Source: Spirochaetia bacterium (GTDB lineage Bacteria > Spirochaetota > Spirochaetia > SZUA-6 > Bin103). Taken from it: 64,000 nucleotides of DNA. Of this stretch, positions 12,258-22,325 are shown piece after piece (within the stretch, counting starts at the first letter, position 1; every line of letters begins with the position of its first letter). Location of the stretch: contig OZ241863.1 of assembly GCA_965203055.1 (NCBI GenBank), positions 768,001 through 832,000 of the forward strand. Reading direction: 5' to 3'. The position numbers and the translations under genes are program-made. The notes beneath the pieces are model-generated. The model was not told the DNA's origin and ran no database searches. It worked only from the letters and a program-made list of their open reading frames with translations.

Positions 12258-13076
12258 ATGGTGCTGTACGGCGTGCATCCGGTGGCCGAGCTGCTGCGCC
12301 GGCTGGCGGCGGAGGGCGGCGCCGCGCCGCGCCTGGAGCTGCTGCTGGCGCGCGACAACGCCGCCCTGCGCCAACTCCGGCGCCAGGCCGAGGCGCTGGC
12401 CATCCCGGTACGGGCCGTCTCGCCCGCGGAGCTGAGCGCGCGTTGCGGAAGCCGCGCCCACCGCGGGGCGGCGCTGGTGAGCGCCGGCCGCATACCGCCG
12501 GAGGGGCCGCGCTCGGAGCCGCCGCCGGCGCGGCGCCGCGCCGGCGGCGCCCCGGCAGGCGAACTCCGCGCGCAACTGGCGGAGCTGAGGCGGCGGCCCA
12601 CCGCCCTGGTGGTAGTGGCGGACGGCGTCAGCGACCCGGTGAATCTGGGCGCCATCACCCGCTGCGCGGACCAGTTCGCGGCTGATCTGCTGCTGATTCC
12701 GCGGCGCCGGGCGGCGCGCGTCAACGACACGGTCATGCGCGTGTCAGCCGGCGCCGCGGCGCACCTCACCACGGTCACGGTGGCCAACATCGCAGCCGCC
12801 CTGCAGCAGCTCAAGGCGATCGGCTGCTGGATCTACGGCGCCGACCTGCGCGGCGAGGCAGTCGATCAGGTACGGTTTCCGGCGCGCGTGGCGCTGGTGG
12901 TGGGGGCGGAAGGCGGCGGCCTGCACGGGCTGGTGCGCAGCCGCTGCGATCACCTGGTACGGATACCCACCGCCGGGCAGGTCGACTCCCTCAACGTCGG
13001 CGTTGCCGCCGGAATTGCGCTGTACGAGATCAGCCGCCAGCGGCGGCGCGCGGCCGCGGCCGGCGGGCGCGGTTGA
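12258..13076 (+). CDS. rlmB: TrmH/SpoU-family RNA methyltransferase (RlmB-like)
   Basis: DPVNLGAITR, VVGAEGGGL, DSLNVGVA SPOUT motifs. Confidence 0.85.
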   Translation: MVLYGVHPVAELLRRLAAEGGAAPRLELLLARDNAALRQLRRQAEALAIPVRAVSPAELSARCGSRAHRGAALVSAGRIPPEGPRSEPPPARRRAGGAPAGELRAQLAELRRRPTALVVVADGVSDPVNLGAITRCADQFAADLLLIPRRRAARVNDTVMRVSAGAAAHLTTVTVANIAAALQQLKAIGCWIYGADLRGEAVDQVRFPARVALVVGAEGGGLHGLVRSRCDHLVRIPTAGQVDSLNVGVAAGIALYEISRQRRRAAAAGGRG

Positions 13077-13115
13077 GGTTGCGCAGGGTCCGCCGGTGCG
13101 CCGGCGGCGCAGCGT

Positions 13116-13892
13116 TCAGGTGGCGTCCAGGGCGAAGAAGTCCAAGCTGTTCTGGTACAGCACTTCGGCCAGATCTTCTACTTCCATGCTGCGCTGCTGG
13201 GCTATGAAGTGCGCCGTGTCCGCAATGTAGGCCGGGCGGTTGCGCTTGCCGCGGTGGGCGGAGGGGACCATGAACGGTGACTCGGTCTCGATCAGCATGC
13301 GCTCCAGGGGGATCTGCTTCATGGTGTCGTGCAGGTTGCGGGAGTTGCGGTAGGTGACGTTGCCGGCGAAGGAAATGAACAGGTTGAGTTCCAGCGCTCG
13401 GCGCGCGTAGTTGCTGTCCTCCGAGTAGCAGTGCAGCACCCCGCCGCGGGACGGCAGCTTGTCGCGCAGTATTTGCAGCGTATCGGCGCCGGCGTCGCGG
13501 TTGTGGATGACCACCGGCAGGCGCAGGCGCTCGGCCATTTCCAGTTGCCGGACGAACAACTCCACCTGCGAGTCGCGATCGCCGTACTTGCGGAAGTAGT
13601 CGAGCCCGATCTCGCCGATCGCCACCACCCGCTCGCGCCCGGCGCAATCCTCCACCAGCGCCTCCCAGTCGCCGCTGAGAGAACCCACCTCGGACGGGGC
13701 GATACCGACGCCGTAGTGGATGTGAGACAGACTCCGCAGGTTGTCGTGAGTAATCGAGAAGTCGCGTAAGTTGCTGGATATGCTCAAGATGCCGCGGACT
13801 CCGGCTTGTTTCGCTTCCTCGCAGATGATAAGCTGTTCAACCGGATCATCGTGGATCAGGCCGATATGTGCATGGGTGTCGAAGAATCGCAT
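13116..13892 (-). CDS. tatD: TatD-family hydrolase
   Basis: DTHAH, GEIGLDY, HNR, HCYS, ETESPF. Confidence 0.92.
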   Translation of the reverse strand: MRFFDTHAHIGLIHDDPVEQLIICEEAKQAGVRGILSISSNLRDFSITHDNLRSLSHIHYGVGIAPSEVGSLSGDWEALVEDCAGRERVVAIGEIGLDYFRKYGDRDSQVELFVRQLEMAERLRLPVVIHNRDAGADTLQILRDKLPSRGGVLHCYSEDSNYARRALELNLFISFAGNVTYRNSRNLHDTMKQIPLERMLIETESPFMVPSAHRGKRNRPAYIADTAHFIAQQRSMEVEDLAEVLYQNSLDFFALDAT

Positions 13893-13958
13893 GTGGCTCA
13901 ATCGGATGAGGAACGAACCAAGCGTACCCCCCTGGCGAAGCATCGTCAACGTGACGCG

Positions 13959-15011
13959 GTGAGCGGCCGCGCCGCGGCGGGGCGCTACAAGGCCGCCGAG
14001 GTATGCGCGGTGAACGCGGCGCGGCGGCGGGCGGCGGGCGCTGCGAGCCTGGTCATGCGCCCGTGGCGCGCGCTGCGCCGCTTCGGCTTCCAGCAGGTCA
14101 CGGTGATGTTCATTCCGCATTCGGAGCGGCGGGTCGCCAGCCTGCAGCTTTCCATGTTCGGGCTGCTGTTCATGGGGGTGCTGCTGGCCGCGGTGCTGGC
14201 GGTGTTCGTCTCCCTGTCCACCGACTTCACGCGCACCCACGAGCGGTTTCTCGCCGCCAGCCGCTCACTGGCCGCCAGCGAGACTACGGTCGAAGGCATC
14301 GATGACGAGGTGAAGGAACTGCAGCGGGCGGCAACGGAGTTCCGCCGGTCGCTCGAGAGCGTGCTCAACGTGGTCGGCGCCGATGCCGCGCGCGGCGACC
14401 GGACCGGCGGCGCGGGCGCCGACTTGGCCGCGTTCGTAAGCGAGGCGCCGGTGATCCCCGGCGAGGTGCGCAGCCTCACCGAGCTGCGCAGCCTGCGGCG
14501 CTACCTGGAGGGCGCCGGCGGTCCCCTGCGCGAGATCGAGAGCGCGCTGCTGGCGCAGCGGGAGTTGCTGGTGGACATTCCCAGCCGGTGGCCGGTGCAG
14601 GACGGCAAGGGCTACATCACCGCCGACTTCGGCCCCGGCATCCACCCGTTTACCGGGCGCTGGTACATCCACAAGGGGGTAGACATCGCCTGGATGCGCG
14701 GCACCGAGGTGGTCGCGACCGCCAACGGCAAGGTGCAGCGCGTGGCATACGAACCCTACAACCTCGGCCACTTCGTGGTCATCAAGCACAAGTATGGGTT
14801 CGTCACGGTATATGGCCACTTGAACCAGAAGCCGCTGGTTGCGCCGGGCCAGCAGGTGGGACGGGGCACCGTGGTGGGCTACCTGGGGAGCACCGGGTTT
14901 TCGACCGGCCCGCATCTGCACTACGAGGTGCGCATCGCCGAGCAGGTGGTGAACCCGCGCCAGTTCCTGTCGATCGTCGCCAGTTCGCGCGGCGCCGCGG
15001 CGGCGCGTTAG
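13959..15011 (+). CDS. M23-family metallopeptidase
   Basis: HKGVD, YGHL, STGPHLHYE; start uncertain (13959/14055). Confidence 0.9.
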   Translation: MSGRAAAGRYKAAEVCAVNAARRRAAGAASLVMRPWRALRRFGFQQVTVMFIPHSERRVASLQLSMFGLLFMGVLLAAVLAVFVSLSTDFTRTHERFLAASRSLAASETTVEGIDDEVKELQRAATEFRRSLESVLNVVGADAARGDRTGGAGADLAAFVSEAPVIPGEVRSLTELRSLRRYLEGAGGPLREIESALLAQRELLVDIPSRWPVQDGKGYITADFGPGIHPFTGRWYIHKGVDIAWMRGTEVVATANGKVQRVAYEPYNLGHFVVIKHKYGFVTVYGHLNQKPLVAPGQQVGRGTVVGYLGSTGFSTGPHLHYEVRIAEQVVNPRQFLSIVASSRGAAAAR

Positions 15012-15012
15012 G

Positions 15013-15849
15013 TCAGGAGGTCAGGTCAGGCGCGCCGGCCGCGGAGGCTGGCGGGCTCACGGCCGCCCGGCGCCAGGCCGCCACCTGGACCGCAATTGCC
15101 TGCCGGGCCTGCGCCAGCGCCTCCGCCGCGGCGCGCCGGTCCGGCGCCGGCGGGTGGACCTGCAGCACCTTGATCCGGTAGTGGACCCGGGCGAGGTTGC
15201 GCAAGGCGCGCAGGCGCGAGATGCCGGTGCCGCCATCCAGCGCCGCCACCACGATCGGCAGCCGCGCCTGCTCGGCGAGGAGCCGCAGGCCGGCGCGATG
15301 GAACCGCCCCAGGCGGCCGTCGCGGGAGCGCGTCCCCTCGGGAAACAACGCCAGGCTGCAGGGAGGAAACCGGGAGTCGGAGCGCGGCCGCCGGTCGAGC
15401 CGGGCCAGCCTGAGCAGGGCGCGCCGCGTACGCTGCTGCGCGCCGCGGCGGTCGATGAGCGCGTGACAGCCGTAGCGCAGGCACTTGGAGAGCGTCGGAA
15501 TGCCGCGCTGCAGCGAGCGCTTGGCCACGAACTTCAGCGGATGGCGGGGGAACGCGGCCACCAGCATGAGGATGTCGGCCAGGCTCTGATGGTTGGTCAC
15601 GAGAATGAAACGCCGCGGCAGGGCCGCGGCGTTGGTGTGGAATGAGTATTGCAGGCCGCTCAGGCGCTGCACCGTGGCCAGCATGCGGCGCGCCTGATTC
15701 GCCATGAAGCGCTCCACCCGCTGGCGGCGCTGCGGCATCCAGCGCAACACCAGGGCGAGGCGCAATTCGTTGAACAGGAAGATGACGGCAACGTAGACCA
15801 GCGCCGCGGCGGCGCCCCCGGGCGGCGACCGCCGGGCGGGCTCCGCCAT
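15013..15849 (-). CDS. Lysophospholipid acyltransferase (PlsC-like)
   Basis: NHQSLAD and FPEGTRS motifs; ATG 15849. Confidence 0.88.
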   Translation of the reverse strand: MAEPARRSPPGGAAAALVYVAVIFLFNELRLALVLRWMPQRRQRVERFMANQARRMLATVQRLSGLQYSFHTNAAALPRRFILVTNHQSLADILMLVAAFPRHPLKFVAKRSLQRGIPTLSKCLRYGCHALIDRRGAQQRTRRALLRLARLDRRPRSDSRFPPCSLALFPEGTRSRDGRLGRFHRAGLRLLAEQARLPIVVAALDGGTGISRLRALRNLARVHYRIKVLQVHPPAPDRRAAAEALAQARQAIAVQVAAWRRAAVSPPASAAGAPDLTS

Positions 15850-16694
15850 CAGCCGGCGGACCGGGCGGCGCGGCCGAACAGACCGGCCATCTGCGCGGCG
15901 CCGATCACCCGGACGCCGCGGCGCCGCAGGCGGCCGGCCTGCGCCAACCATTGCGGCAGCACGTAACCCCAATCGGCGAGATAGGCGGCGATGCGCGAGT
16001 CGCCGTTGTCGAGCAGGTGATCGAGCTGGTCCTCGACGAACAGGGCGCGCCCGCCGGGGAGCGCATCGAGCTGCGCGGCGATCAGGTCCAGCTTGCGGGC
16101 GTCGGCGCCGGCCGGGTTGCTGGCGGCGTGGAACACGGCCGCGGCGGGCAGCGGGATGGCGTGGGCGCGCAGGATCTCGCGCACCAGCTCCGCCGCCTTG
16201 GTGGAGATGATGCGCACGTTGGCGAGGTCGTACCCGGTCAGCAGCGCGCGCATGTGGGGATAGATGCGGTTGAGAGCCAACCAGCCGCCGCGGTCGCGCT
16301 GCAGGAAGCGGGCGCGGGTCGCGGCCATGGCGCGCTTCCAGGCGGCGATGCGCGCGGCGCCGAGGGCGCTGCGGCAGGCATCGAACTCCTCCTGCGTGGC
16401 CGGGCCGCGGTACTCCGGCTGCGCCTCCTCGCGCGCCAGGAGGTGCTGAATGACCACGTAGTCCTCGCCGGAGCGGATCAGGGGGCGCAGTTCGCGGAAT
16501 CGGCGCCGGGCGCGCAGCGTGATCTGCGGCGGACCGCGGTCCGCGGCGGCCAGCTCGCGCCACGTGAGCCAGCTACTGGCAAAGCATTCCCGCTCCGAAT
16601 CGCACACCACGCCGTCGAAGTCCAGGAACAGGAGGCAGCGTCCGGCCGCGGCGCCGGCCTCAGCCGCCGGCCAGATGCAGCGTCTCGCCGGCAT
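15849..16694 (-). CDS. HAD-like hydrolase
   Basis: FLDFDGVV, FVED, YLADWGY; start uncertain. Confidence 0.75.
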   Translation of the reverse strand: MPARRCIWPAAEAGAAAGRCLLFLDFDGVVCDSERECFASSWLTWRELAAADRGPPQITLRARRRFRELRPLIRSGEDYVVIQHLLAREEAQPEYRGPATQEEFDACRSALGAARIAAWKRAMAATRARFLQRDRGGWLALNRIYPHMRALLTGYDLANVRIISTKAAELVREILRAHAIPLPAAAVFHAASNPAGADARKLDLIAAQLDALPGGRALFVEDQLDHLLDNGDSRIAAYLADWGYVLPQWLAQAGRLRRRGVRVIGAAQMAGLFGRAARSAG

Positions 16695-17925
16695 GATCCA
16701 CGTACAGGACCCCCTCGGCTTCGCGTCCGCGGTAGTCCTGCGGGTCGATGGCGGCGGGGTCGAGGTAGCCGAGATTGACGCGCTCGCAGACCTCCGCGCT
16801 CAGCCCGGTGGCGAGGGTGACGTTGATGCGCGGCCGCTCCACGCCGTCCCGATAGCTGCCCTCGCCCTTTACCAGCGCGGAGTGGGCCAGCACCCCGCGC
16901 GGAACGTGGCTGAACTGCTGCATGCGGGTCCGGTAGTAGTCGGCGACGTGATACCCCACCTGTTCCAGGTAGCGGCCCCAGGTGCGCGACAGCTCGCGGA
17001 TGTGCGGGCCGTACACGATCAGGGTGCCGCCGTCGGCCACCACCGGCTCCAGCTTGTACATCACCTTGCCGCCGACCCACATCTCGTCGTACATCGCCGG
17101 CGCGTGTCCGAACACGGTGTGGAAGGGCCGCGGCTTGCGCACCACGTGCACCCGCGCCGAATGCGCCGCCGCCGCGGGCCAGGCCGCCTCCGGGGCGCCG
17201 ACGTACAGACCCTCCAGGCCGCCGCCGGAGGTCACTACCATGGCGATCAGGTGGCGCGGCACGTCCACCATCCCGGCGGCGCGTTCCACTACGGCGCGGG
17301 CCGGCGTGTCGCGCCGGCCGATGGTCTTGCGGCAGGTGATCACCGCCGACAGCCAGTGGAAGAAGTCGAGGAACTCCCCGCCCGAGATGCCGGGGAACAG
17401 GTACTTGTGGCCGCCGGAGAAGCCCACGATCTCGTGCGGAAACACCGGTCCCACGATCACGATCAGGTCGTATTCGAAGATCGCGCGGTTGATGGTGACG
17501 TCGATCGCCTCCGCGAACAGGCCGCCGGTAAGGCCGGCGATTTCGCGCTCTTCGAAGCGCCCGATCCGGACCAGCGAGTCGGCCCGGTCCCAGCGGTGGT
17601 TCATGAACCGGGAGTCGGGAAAGTCGCGCTCCCTGGCGGCGGCGGACACGCCGTACAGGTCGAGAATGCCCTGCTCGCTCATCACCGGGTGCGTTCCCAG
17701 GGCGACCATGTAGTCCAGCCGCGCCGCGCGCGATCCGATCACCTCCCGCACCGCGCGCACCAGGAGCGGCAGCGGCGCGCTGCGGGTGGCGTCGGGCGTC
17801 AGCGCGAGCACGCGCCGGTTCTCCACCAAGTGCGCGGGCGTGCCGGCCTCGAGGCGCGCGCACACCGCGGGAAAGTCCCACGTTGCGCCGGTGCCGCGCG
17901 GCTTTGCCGCGGCGAGCTGCGCCAT
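16660..17925 (-). CDS. LarA-family (lactate racemase domain) nickel-pincer epimerase/racemase
   Basis: PDATRS, ALGTH, PHEIVGFSGGHK, FHW motifs; GGAGGAG before ATG 17925. Confidence 0.85.
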   Translation of the reverse strand: MAQLAAAKPRGTGATWDFPAVCARLEAGTPAHLVENRRVLALTPDATRSAPLPLLVRAVREVIGSRAARLDYMVALGTHPVMSEQGILDLYGVSAAARERDFPDSRFMNHRWDRADSLVRIGRFEEREIAGLTGGLFAEAIDVTINRAIFEYDLIVIVGPVFPHEIVGFSGGHKYLFPGISGGEFLDFFHWLSAVITCRKTIGRRDTPARAVVERAAGMVDVPRHLIAMVVTSGGGLEGLYVGAPEAAWPAAAAHSARVHVVRKPRPFHTVFGHAPAMYDEMWVGGKVMYKLEPVVADGGTLIVYGPHIRELSRTWGRYLEQVGYHVADYYRTRMQQFSHVPRGVLAHSALVKGEGSYRDGVERPRINVTLATGLSAEVCERVNLGYLDPAAIDPQDYRGREAEGVLYVDHAGETLHLAGG

Positions 17926-17942
17926 CGCTCCTCCCGCCTCGC

Positions 17943-18857
17943 TCAGCCGGTCCGGGCGCCGGCCGGCGCGGTCCACGGCGGCTCTTCCGGCAGCAGCCGC
18001 TCGAACTCCCGCACCCGCTCGGCCTGGTACGCGCCGGCGTAGGCGCCGGCGAAGAACCGCTCCAACGCCTCGTCCTGCAGCCGCTGCCACGACTCCTCTT
18101 CCGCGCCCGGCGCGATGGGAAAGAACAGCGCCGCCACCGCCTGCGCCGCGCGCCGGTCGCCGGGCGCGTCGCCCACCATCAGGAGGTGGCCGGGGGGGTA
18201 CTTGGCGGCGGCCGCCAGCTTCAGGTGTTCGCTCTTGCTGCCCAGCTCCTGCCCGGCTATTGCGCGCACGTAGCGGTCGAGGCGGTGTTCCTCCCACTCC
18301 CGCTGCAGCGCGTCGCCCGGCGTCGCCGATACCACCACCACGTCCGCCCGTTCCTGCAGCCGCCGGAGGACCTGTTCGACCCCAGGGAACGGCGGCACCC
18401 CCTGCACCATGCGCGCAATGGCGGAGTTCACGGCATTGGACCAGTCGAGCACCCGGCGCAGCTCGGCGTCGTTGCTCTCCCGCACCGCCACCACCAGCTC
18501 CGGGTTGGCCAGACTGGAGGCGCGCTCGGTCCACGCCCGCAGGCGGGCCAGGCGCGGCACCTCCACCGCGGCGCGCCGCACCTCGCGGCGTTCCGCCAGC
18601 AGCTCCATCACCTTGAGCAGCGCCGGGAACCGGTTCGCGCCGCGCCACTGGGAGTACAGGTTGACGAACTCGGCGGCTTCGCGCACGTACTTCGAGATCG
18701 GCTGCAGCGCGAAGTGGCGCACGATCTCGGGGATGAAGCACTCCTTGTGCTTCAGCTCCATGCTGGGGAAGGCGCAGCCGTCGGAATCGATGCCCACGAA
18801 GAAGGAATGGTTCGGCTGCAGGTCACGCAGCGCTCTGTCATCGGTGCCGTTACTCAT
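17943..18857 (-). CDS. HAD-family hydrolase
   Basis: GIDSDGC, VVSATP, MVGDAPGD. Confidence 0.85.
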   Translation of the reverse strand: MSNGTDDRALRDLQPNHSFFVGIDSDGCAFPSMELKHKECFIPEIVRHFALQPISKYVREAAEFVNLYSQWRGANRFPALLKVMELLAERREVRRAAVEVPRLARLRAWTERASSLANPELVVAVRESNDAELRRVLDWSNAVNSAIARMVQGVPPFPGVEQVLRRLQERADVVVVSATPGDALQREWEEHRLDRYVRAIAGQELGSKSEHLKLAAAAKYPPGHLLMVGDAPGDRRAAQAVAALFFPIAPGAEEESWQRLQDEALERFFAGAYAGAYQAERVREFERLLPEEPPWTAPAGARTG

Positions 18858-18876
18858 GGTCCGCTCGCAGAGTAGC

Positions 18877-19695
18877 TCATACGTTGTGGATCAGGTAGCC
18901 GCCGTCGATCGGAATGGTGACGCCGGTGATGAAGCCGGCCGCCTGCGCGCTGGCCAGGAACAGGGCGGCGCCGGTCATCTCGCCGGCGGCGGCGAAGCGC
19001 CCGAACGGGGTGTGGTCGATGATCTGCCGCCCGCGCTCGGTGAGCTCGCCGGTGGCGTCGTCCTCGATCAGCAGGCGGCGGTTCTGGTTGGCGACGATGA
19101 AGCCGGGCGCAATGGCGTTGACGCGGATGCCGTGCGGAGCGTACTCCTTGGCGCAGGCCATGGTCAGGTTGACCACGCCGGCCTTGGCCGCGCCATAGGC
19201 CCATACCCCCGACAGCGGCACGTACGAGGCCATGGAAGCGACGTTGATGATGCAGCCGCCGCCGCCGCGCGCGATCCAGAACGCCGCGGTGCGCTTGGTA
19301 GGCACCACCAGGCCGGCGACCAGATTGAGGCGCAGCACCTCCTCGAACAGGGCCACGTCCAGGTCGTTGAACGGCCCCTTGCCGCGGTTGCCGCCGACCC
19401 CGTTGACCAGCACCGTGGGCGCGCCGAGCGCCGCCGCGGTGGCCTCCAGGGCCGCGTCCACCGCGGCTTCGTCGCCGGCGTCGGCCTGCACCCCGCACAG
19501 CCGCTGCCGCCGTTCGGGCACCGCGCCAAGCTGCTCCAGGGCCGCGTCCACCGTCTCCTGCCGGCGGCTCCAGACCGCCACCTTGGCGCCGGCCGCGAGA
19601 AACGCCTCCGCCAGGGCCAGGGCGATGGTGCCGCCGCCGCCGGCCAGCGCCACCACCTGGCCGCGCAGCCCGAAGGTGCGCTCGACGTAGCTCAC
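18877..19695 (-). CDS. SDR oxidoreductase, D-mannonate oxidoreductase-like
   Basis: GGGGTIA, NGVGGN, YGAAK, NAIAPGF..QNRRLL..LTERG..HTPFGRF. Confidence 0.8.
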   Translation of the reverse strand: MSYVERTFGLRGQVVALAGGGGTIALALAEAFLAAGAKVAVWSRRQETVDAALEQLGAVPERRQRLCGVQADAGDEAAVDAALEATAAALGAPTVLVNGVGGNRGKGPFNDLDVALFEEVLRLNLVAGLVVPTKRTAAFWIARGGGGCIINVASMASYVPLSGVWAYGAAKAGVVNLTMACAKEYAPHGIRVNAIAPGFIVANQNRRLLIEDDATGELTERGRQIIDHTPFGRFAAAGEMTGAALFLASAQAAGFITGVTIPIDGGYLIHNV

Positions 19696-19703
19696 GGCGC
19701 GAC

Positions 19704-21152
19704 TCACTTCAGTTGGCGCGCGGGGGCCTGCGCGCCGGCCAGCCAGTCGGTGTGGAACACCCCCGGGCGGTCCACCCGGCGGTAGGTATGAGCGCCGAAG
19801 TAGTCGCGCTGCGCCTGGATCAGGTTGGCCGGCAGGGTCGCCGAGCGGTAGCTGTCGTAGTAGCTCAACGCCGAGGCGAAGGCCGGCACCGGGATGCCGA
19901 TGGTGGCCGCGGTGGCCACCACCTCGCGCCACTCCCGCTGGCCGTCGTGGACGATCGCCGCGAAGTAGGGGTCCAGCAGCAGGTTGGCCAGCGCCGGGTC
20001 ACGGTCGTAGGCGTCCTTGATCTTGCCGAGAAACTTGGCGCGGATGATGCATCCGCCGCGCCAGATCATGGCGATGGCGCCGTAATCGAGCGCCCAGCCG
20101 TGCTCCTGCGCCGCGGCCCGCATCAGTCCGAAGCCTTGGGCGTAGGAGCAGATCTTCGAGGCGTAGAGCGCTTTGCGCAGCGCTTCCAGGAACTGCTTGG
20201 GGTCGCCGGAGAAGGCGGCCGCGGGACCGCGCAACTGCGCCGCGGCCGCGGTCCGCTCCTGCTTGAGGGCGGAGACGAAGCGCGCGAACACCGCCTCGGC
20301 GATGGTCGGCGCCGGCACCCCCAGGTCCAGAGCGGACTGACTGGTCCACTTGCCGGTGCCCTTCTGGCCCGCCTGGTCGAGAATCACCTCCACCAGCGGC
20401 GCCCCGCTCTCGGGGTCGATCTTGGTGAGGATGTCGGCGGTGATCTCGATCAGGTAGGAGTCGAGCTCGCCGCGGTTCCACTCGGCGAAGGTTGCCTGCA
20501 TTTCGCCGTGGCTCATGCCGAGCGCGAGCTTCATGCAGGCGTACGCTTCGCTGATGAGCTGCATGTCGCCGTACTCGATGCCGTTGTGGATCATCTTCAC
20601 GTAGTGGCCGGCGCCGTCGGCGCCGATATAGGCGCAGCAGGGCTCCTCTTCCACCTTGGCGGCGATGGCGCTGAGGATCGGCGCCACGGCCGCGTAGGCG
20701 CCGCGGTCGCCGCCGGGCATGATGCTCGGCCCGCGCAGCGCGCCCTCTTCCCCGCCGGACACGCCGGTGCCGATATAGCGCAACTGCGCCGCGGCGGCGC
20801 GCTGCGCGCGGCGGATGGTGTCGACGAAGTAGGAGTTGCCGCCGTCGATCAGAATGTCGCCCGGCTCCAGGTGCGGCTCCAGGTCGGCGATGACCTGGTC
20901 CACCGCGCTGCCGGCCTGCACCATCAGCAGGATCTTGCGGGGCCGGACGAGGGACGCCGCCAGCTCCGCCAGCGAAGCCGCCGGCAGCAGCCGCCGTTCG
21001 GCGCCGGCGCCCCGGACGAATTCGTCGAGGGTGCTCCGGGTACGATTGTAGACGGCCACGGTATAACCGCGGCTTTCGATGTTGAGGGCCAGATTCTGAC
21101 CCATCACCGCCATGCCGATGACGCCGATGTCTGCCTGCGAGGGTGTGCTCAT
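19704..21152 (-). CDS. gndA: 6-phosphogluconate dehydrogenase (decarboxylating)
   Basis: [39 protein letters not shown]. Confidence 0.97.
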   Translation of the reverse strand: MSTPSQADIGVIGMAVMGQNLALNIESRGYTVAVYNRTRSTLDEFVRGAGAERRLLPAASLAELAASLVRPRKILLMVQAGSAVDQVIADLEPHLEPGDILIDGGNSYFVDTIRRAQRAAAAQLRYIGTGVSGGEEGALRGPSIMPGGDRGAYAAVAPILSAIAAKVEEEPCCAYIGADGAGHYVKMIHNGIEYGDMQLISEAYACMKLALGMSHGEMQATFAEWNRGELDSYLIEITADILTKIDPESGAPLVEVILDQAGQKGTGKWTSQSALDLGVPAPTIAEAVFARFVSALKQERTAAAAQLRGPAAAFSGDPKQFLEALRKALYASKICSYAQGFGLMRAAAQEHGWALDYGAIAMIWRGGCIIRAKFLGKIKDAYDRDPALANLLLDPYFAAIVHDGQREWREVVATAATIGIPVPAFASALSYYDSYRSATLPANLIQAQRDYFGAHTYRRVDRPGVFHTDWLAGAQAPARQLK

Positions 21153-21284
21153 GTTTTTCAAAGGATGGGCGGCGGGCGCGCGCGCCGGGCCGGACCCGCC
21201 GCCATTCTGGCCTGATCGCGCCGCGCGCGCAACCCAACGTGCGCCGCCGGGCGGCGGACGCGCTGCGCGACTCCATCGACGCCG

Positions 21285-21955
21285 GCGCGTGGCGCTTTCG
21301 TGGGGAGACGGAGTTGCGCCCGATCGTGCCGATGGTGTTCTATCTGGGAAGCGGACGCTGGCGCTACGCGACCGAGTTCTCGGAGTTGTTCCCGCGTGAG
21401 GTGCGCGGGTGGCGGTGGCTGCCGAGCTTCGAGCACGTGCTGATCGACCATTCGGAGACGGAGCCGGAAGGGGTGCGGGGCAAGTTGAAGGGGAGGCTGG
21501 CGCAGCTGATGATGCTGGCGGTATACCGGGCGGCGGTGGCGTGGCCGGCGCTGGAGCGAGCGTTGCCGCTGCTGGCGAAACTGGCGCGCCGCGGGGGTGG
21601 GGAGCAGAGCATGTTCGTGTGGTACGTGCTGGCGACGCAAAGGGAACCGTTGCGGGGGCGATTTGCCAAGGAACTGCAGCGGCAGATACCGGGACCGGAG
21701 GGAGACATCATGAATTACGTGGAGGAGATCAAGCAACAAGGCCGCCTGGAAGGCCGGCAGGAGGGGCGCCTGGAAGGCCGGCAGGAGGGTGAGCTTAAGG
21801 GCCGGCAGGAGGGCCGGCTGGAGACCATCGAAGAGTTCCTGCGGGCGGGAATCGGGTGGCCGGTGATCCTATCCGCCACCGGCATCGACGAGCACACCTA
21901 CCGGACCCTCAAACGCGACTCCGCCAACGGCGCGGAGCAGGCCGCGCCCCGCTAG
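21285..21955 (+). pseudogene. Rpn family A, 5'-truncated (nuclease motifs missing)
   Basis: Near identical to 25690-26433 from [10 protein letters not shown] onward; lacks HD, SDLL, EHQS. Confidence 0.88.
21710..21955 (+). CDS. Putative RpnS small protein (A type, 81 aa), orphan
   Basis: GGAGGGAG-acatc-ATG; intact frame MNYVEEIKQQ-(GRxE)n. Confidence 0.6.
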   Translation: MNYVEEIKQQGRLEGRQEGRLEGRQEGELKGRQEGRLETIEEFLRAGIGWPVILSATGIDEHTYRTLKRDSANGAEQAAPR

Positions 21956-21959
21956 CTTC

Positions 21960-22095
21960 CTGCCATCCGGACGCGCGTAGTTGGCGGAGGACGTTGGCGC
22001 TGCCGAGCGACGTGCTGAGAGGCATACAACTGGTTTGTGACGACAATTCGAGCCTGGTCTGATGGGCGGCCACTGCATCGGCGTCGATCCGTACC
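21960..22095 (+). pseudogene. Collapsed remnant of nucleotide-sugar dehydrogenase gene
   Basis: Matches 26440-26535 joined to GGHCIGVDPY-coding 27290-27335. Confidence 0.8.
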
Positions 22096-22131
22096 AGGCA
22101 GGCCGGTTTCGAACCGCGGCGGCGTTGCGAG

Positions 22132-22287
22132 TTAGCGGGTTGTGATCTGGGCTAGTTCGGTGGCGAGTTTGTCGTACCAGGTTGCGCTTCGGAAGGACTC
22201 GCCGCGTTGCCGCGCTCCGGTACACAGCGCGCGGTAGAGCTGCGGGTCGCCGATCACGCGCCGTATCGCCTCCCGAACCGCGGCCGC
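22132..22287 (-). pseudogene. 3' tail of GT4 gene; inverted copy of 44167-44321
   Basis: AAVREAIRRVIGDPQLY..QITTR; about 7 mismatches in ~155 bp by eye. Confidence 0.88.
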
Positions 22288-22325
22288 ACCTGCCGGATTT
22301 CGGCGCTGGCGCCATCTGGCGTCCG

